Positions 61,124 through 64,000 of a DNA stretch of 64,000 bases are shown in pieces (the stretch's first letter is position 1; each line of letters begins with the position of its first letter). The stretch is taken from positions 1 through 64,000 of IMG/VR virus record IMGVR_UViG_3300012274_000057. One strand, 5' to 3'. The DNA is from an uncultured virus (IMG/VR IMGVR_UViG_3300012274_000057). Taxonomy: Duplodnaviria > Heunggongvirae > Uroviricota > Caudoviricetes. Made by a program: the position numbers and the translations under genes. The notes below the pieces were generated by a model. The model ran no database searches. It was not told the origin of the DNA and saw nothing but the letters and a program-made list of their open reading frames with translations.

Positions 61124-61930
61124 ATGGAAAATACAGTAATTAAAAAAGATATTAATGATGTAAACATTTTTGAAGAATGGAAAGAATATGATGATAAAGG
61201 AAATATAATACATTATAAAAATTCTAATGGGTATGAAGAATGGAAAGAATATGATGATAAAGGAAATATAATACATTATTCTAATGGATGTGAATATTGG
61301 AATGAATATGATGATAAAGGAAATTTAACTCATTATAGAAATTCTATTGGATATGAATATTGGAAAGAATATGATGATAAAGGAAATTTAATACATTATG
61401 AGGATTCTGAAAAATACGAACATTGGAATGAGTATAACGATAAAGGAAATATAATCTATAATAGAAATTCTAATGAATATGAAGAATGGAAAGAATACGA
61501 TGATAAAGGTAATATGATTCATTATAGGAGTTCCGATGGAATTGAATATTGGCAAAAATATAATGATAAAGGTAATATGATTCATTATAGGAGTTCCGAT
61601 GGAATTGAATATTGGAATGAATATGATGATAAAGGAAATTTAACTCATTATAGAAATTCTACTGGATATGAATTTTGGAGAGGATATGATGATAAAGGAA
61701 ATTTAATACATTATGAGGATTCTAATGGATATGAAAAGTGGAAAGAATATGACGATAAAGGAAATCTAGTGCATCGTAAAGATTCTAATGGATATAAAGA
61801 ATGGAAAGGATATGATGATAAAGGAAATATAATATATAAAAAAGATTCTAATAATGATAATATTAATAATGAATATAAATATGATGATAAAGGAAATATA
61901 ATATATAAAAAATCATATACTACATTATAG
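61124..61930 (+). CDS. YD/RHS-like tandem repeat protein
   Basis: 12 copies of ~21 aa W.EYDDKGN.IHY..S.GYE; early promoter at 61054. Confidence 0.8.
   Translation: MENTVIKKDINDVNIFEEWKEYDDKGNIIHYKNSNGYEEWKEYDDKGNIIHYSNGCEYWNEYDDKGNLTHYRNSIGYEYWKEYDDKGNLIHYEDSEKYEHWNEYNDKGNIIYNRNSNEYEEWKEYDDKGNMIHYRSSDGIEYWQKYNDKGNMIHYRSSDGIEYWNEYDDKGNLTHYRNSTGYEFWRGYDDKGNLIHYEDSNGYEKWKEYDDKGNLVHRKDSNGYKEWKGYDDKGNIIYKKDSNNDNINNEYKYDDKGNIIYKKSYTTL
61170..61915 (+). repeat. Coding tandem repeat, ~63 bp period, 12 units
   Basis: gaatatgatgataaaggaaat recurs at mostly 63 bp spacing. Confidence 0.9.
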
Positions 61931-62071
61931 TAGAGTGGGAATTTGATAAAAGGGTAGATTAAAAATACCCTTTTATTTTTTATAATAAGCTATTTATATC
62001 TAATTAAATAATAATTAATAGACTATGTAACAGTATAATAATTTTAAATTTGTTAGGAGTTGTAAATAAAA

Positions 62072-62596
62072 ATGATTTTAGGTGGAAAAGAAATAATTAA
62101 AAGAGTAGAAAAGGGAGATATCTATATAGATAACTTTGATCCCGAGAAAGTAAATCCAAATAGCTATAATCTTACTTTAAATAATAAACTTCTAGTTTAT
62201 ACTGGAGATGTCTTAGATATGAAATCTCCCAATAAATACAGAACAATAGAGATTCCAGAAGAGGGGTTAGTGCTTCAACCAGGAACATTATATTTGGCTA
62301 GAACTAACGAAAGAACTATTACTGAAAAACTAGTACCAATGTTGGAAGGCAGATCTTCTATAGGAAGATTAGGAATGTCCATTCATGTAACAGCTGGATT
62401 TGGCGATGTAGGATTTGATGGGTTTTGGACTTTAGAAATCTATTGTGTACAACCCTTAAAAATATATCCTAATGTAGAAATATGTCAAATATACTATCAT
62501 ACAATTGATGGTGAATATGATAAATATAGAAGTGGTAAATATCAATTCAATGTAGATATTCAACCAAGTCTTTTATATAAAGATTTTCAAAAATAA
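62072..62596 (+). CDS. dcd: dCTP deaminase (possibly bifunctional with dUTPase)
   Basis: NPNSYNLTL, EGRSSIGRLG, TAGFGDVGFDG..TLE, GKYQ. Confidence 0.92.
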   Translation: MILGGKEIIKRVEKGDIYIDNFDPEKVNPNSYNLTLNNKLLVYTGDVLDMKSPNKYRTIEIPEEGLVLQPGTLYLARTNERTITEKLVPMLEGRSSIGRLGMSIHVTAGFGDVGFDGFWTLEIYCVQPLKIYPNVEICQIYYHTIDGEYDKYRSGKYQFNVDIQPSLLYKDFQK

Positions 62597-62614
62597 TTAA
62601 AAGGGGATGGAGAT

Positions 62615-62881
62615 ATGAGAGAATTAACATTATCGGATTTATTGAATGGATTTAAAATAGCCAGAGAAGAGGAATTTAAATTTATGGCTGTAAAAATAAG
62701 TATGCAAGGATTTGATAAGCCAGAAATCATTATAAATTCTAAGGAGAATTTTGAAACCAAAGCAGCTTATTATCAAAAAGCATACAATGAAGATTTAACT
62801 TTGAAAACCTTTAATGGAATCAAAATTGAGAATTTTGCATATGCTAATTCATTTGACGATATTCAGACAGTTCTGATATGA
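62615..62881 (+). CDS. Hypothetical phage protein
   Basis: 88 aa, PEIIINS.ENF..K..YY..AYNEDL. Confidence 0.7.
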   Translation: MRELTLSDLLNGFKIAREEEFKFMAVKISMQGFDKPEIIINSKENFETKAAYYQKAYNEDLTLKTFNGIKIENFAYANSFDDIQTVLI

Positions 62882-62964
62882 TAAAATAGGACAATTGTCC
62901 TATTTTATTTTTTTAATGTATCACCAACATATTAATATAGGAAAGTATAGGGAGGAATTTATTT

Positions 62965-63894
62965 ATGAGAATATATTTAGGTGACAAATTTTACAAGTAT
63001 ATAGAGAAGGAAGATAGAGTCGAAATTATTAGAATCATTAAAATAAAAAATGAAGATAGTTTCGTAGCAATGTCAGAAAATAATGAAACACTTAGATTTA
63101 ATAAAGAGAATTTACTAAAAGAATATACTAAGATAAAAGGAGATGGAATGTTAGCTTTCAATCTAGTAGATTTAGATGCAGATGCTAAGGATGTAATTAT
63201 TGCATTATATAGAAATAGTGATTTAGAAAGTGGAGATACACTTCCATATTGTTGCTGTAGACAAAATATAGTGGACTTATTTTCTAATATTATTAAAACG
63301 GAAAATGATACACATATGTATGTAGGAATGTCTGTAAGTAAAGATACTATTCCAGAAGATACACCTTATGAAATTACATTAGCATGTAATGGTATATCTT
63401 ATTCAATAATGGTTACTATTTATATGGATGATACTTTAGATGAAATATTAAATATGGTTAAAACAGATAAGTTTGATATGGGGCTATTTAAATTATATAA
63501 TAGTATTGATAGGAATAAAGTAATAGGATACTATAAATCTTTAAAAGAATTACTTCAAGGGTGTAATTTTATGTATGACTTTTATAAAGCATTTAATATA
63601 TATGAAGTTCCATTTAAAGTGAGTATAAATGGGGATTATTCATTACCAATAGAACAACATAGATATCTAGAAGATGAAATAAGGGTTGAAATGTTTAGAA
63701 CGTATGTAATGGAATATTCTAAAGAGATCGATCTTAAAAAAGTTGAAAGAAATTATATTATGGTTATAGATATCGAAATGAAAGCATATATAATTGCTTA
63801 CGACAAAGGTGAGTATATTAATAGAAAATATCAAAACTTAATAAAGGATAAAAGAGAGGCTATAACAATGTTGAAAAACAAAAAACATTTATAA
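62965..63894 (+). CDS. Hypothetical late protein
   Basis: 309 aa, late promoter at 62926, SD gggagg. Confidence 0.75.
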   Translation: MRIYLGDKFYKYIEKEDRVEIIRIIKIKNEDSFVAMSENNETLRFNKENLLKEYTKIKGDGMLAFNLVDLDADAKDVIIALYRNSDLESGDTLPYCCCRQNIVDLFSNIIKTENDTHMYVGMSVSKDTIPEDTPYEITLACNGISYSIMVTIYMDDTLDEILNMVKTDKFDMGLFKLYNSIDRNKVIGYYKSLKELLQGCNFMYDFYKAFNIYEVPFKVSINGDYSLPIEQHRYLEDEIRVEMFRTYVMEYSKEIDLKKVERNYIMVIDIEMKAYIIAYDKGEYINRKYQNLIKDKREAITMLKNKKHL

Positions 63895-63961
63895 TTATAT
63901 ATTATTGTAATAGAAGTATTATACTTCTATTACAATTTATTTTAAAGGAGAGATAATATTA

Positions 63962-64000
63962 ATGATAAATATATTTAAGAAAGGTCATAAAACATTGACT
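63962..64000 (+). CDS. Start of an early gene truncated by the window end
   Basis: Promoter at 63898, 5' hairpin, SD aaggag, ATG at 63962. Confidence 0.6.
   Translation, partial: MINIFKKGHKTLT

Noticed and set aside
510..61585. Numerous antisense or nested ORFs in the track (e.g. 2349-2804, 16405-16968, 34276-34728)
   Set aside because: Shadow frames of long genes, without SD or promoter support
61170..61915. Regularly spaced repeats resembling a CRISPR array
   Set aside because: In-frame coding repeats; the intervening segments resemble each other and there are no cas genes
1..64000. Stop-codon reassignment, introns, inteins, tRNAs
   Set aside because: Genes are intact under the standard code with TAA, TAG and TGA all used as stops; no intein or intron signature in RNR, polymerase or RNAP genes; no cloverleaf seen by eye

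Overview
A very AT-rich, gene-dense 64 kb segment of a jumbo myophage genome of the phiKZ/AR9(PBS1)-like type. The host is probably a spore-forming Firmicute such as a Clostridium; this is inferred from the strong Shine-Dalgarno sites, a Spo0A-like gene, a class II RNR and a Dps. The window encodes two different RNA polymerase beta' fragments, a probable sigma-like subunit two genes after a GroEL-like chaperonin (the AR9 gp228-gp226 order), a split family-B DNA polymerase, primase, an SF2 helicase, NrdJ, dCTP deaminase, head, neck and baseplate genes and a block of tail/adhesin genes. Two promoter classes can be read directly from the sequence: about 25 AACA-N6-TA sites (the AR9 late consensus) and about 15 TATATATTAT sites, several with a TGTAAAA element exactly 14 bp upstream. 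The least explained signals are non-coding: (i) a tandem pair of RNA units sharing a bulged closing stem around variable C-rich interiors (56.4-56.7 kb), (ii) a ~530 nt structured minus-strand RNA carrying several SD sites and minigenes (49.0-49.5 kb), (iii) a conserved H-type pseudoknot leader on three unrelated early genes, and (iv) a rod-shaped RNA hiding an SD (23.1-23.3 kb). All calls come from motif recognition by eye; no searches or folding programs were run.
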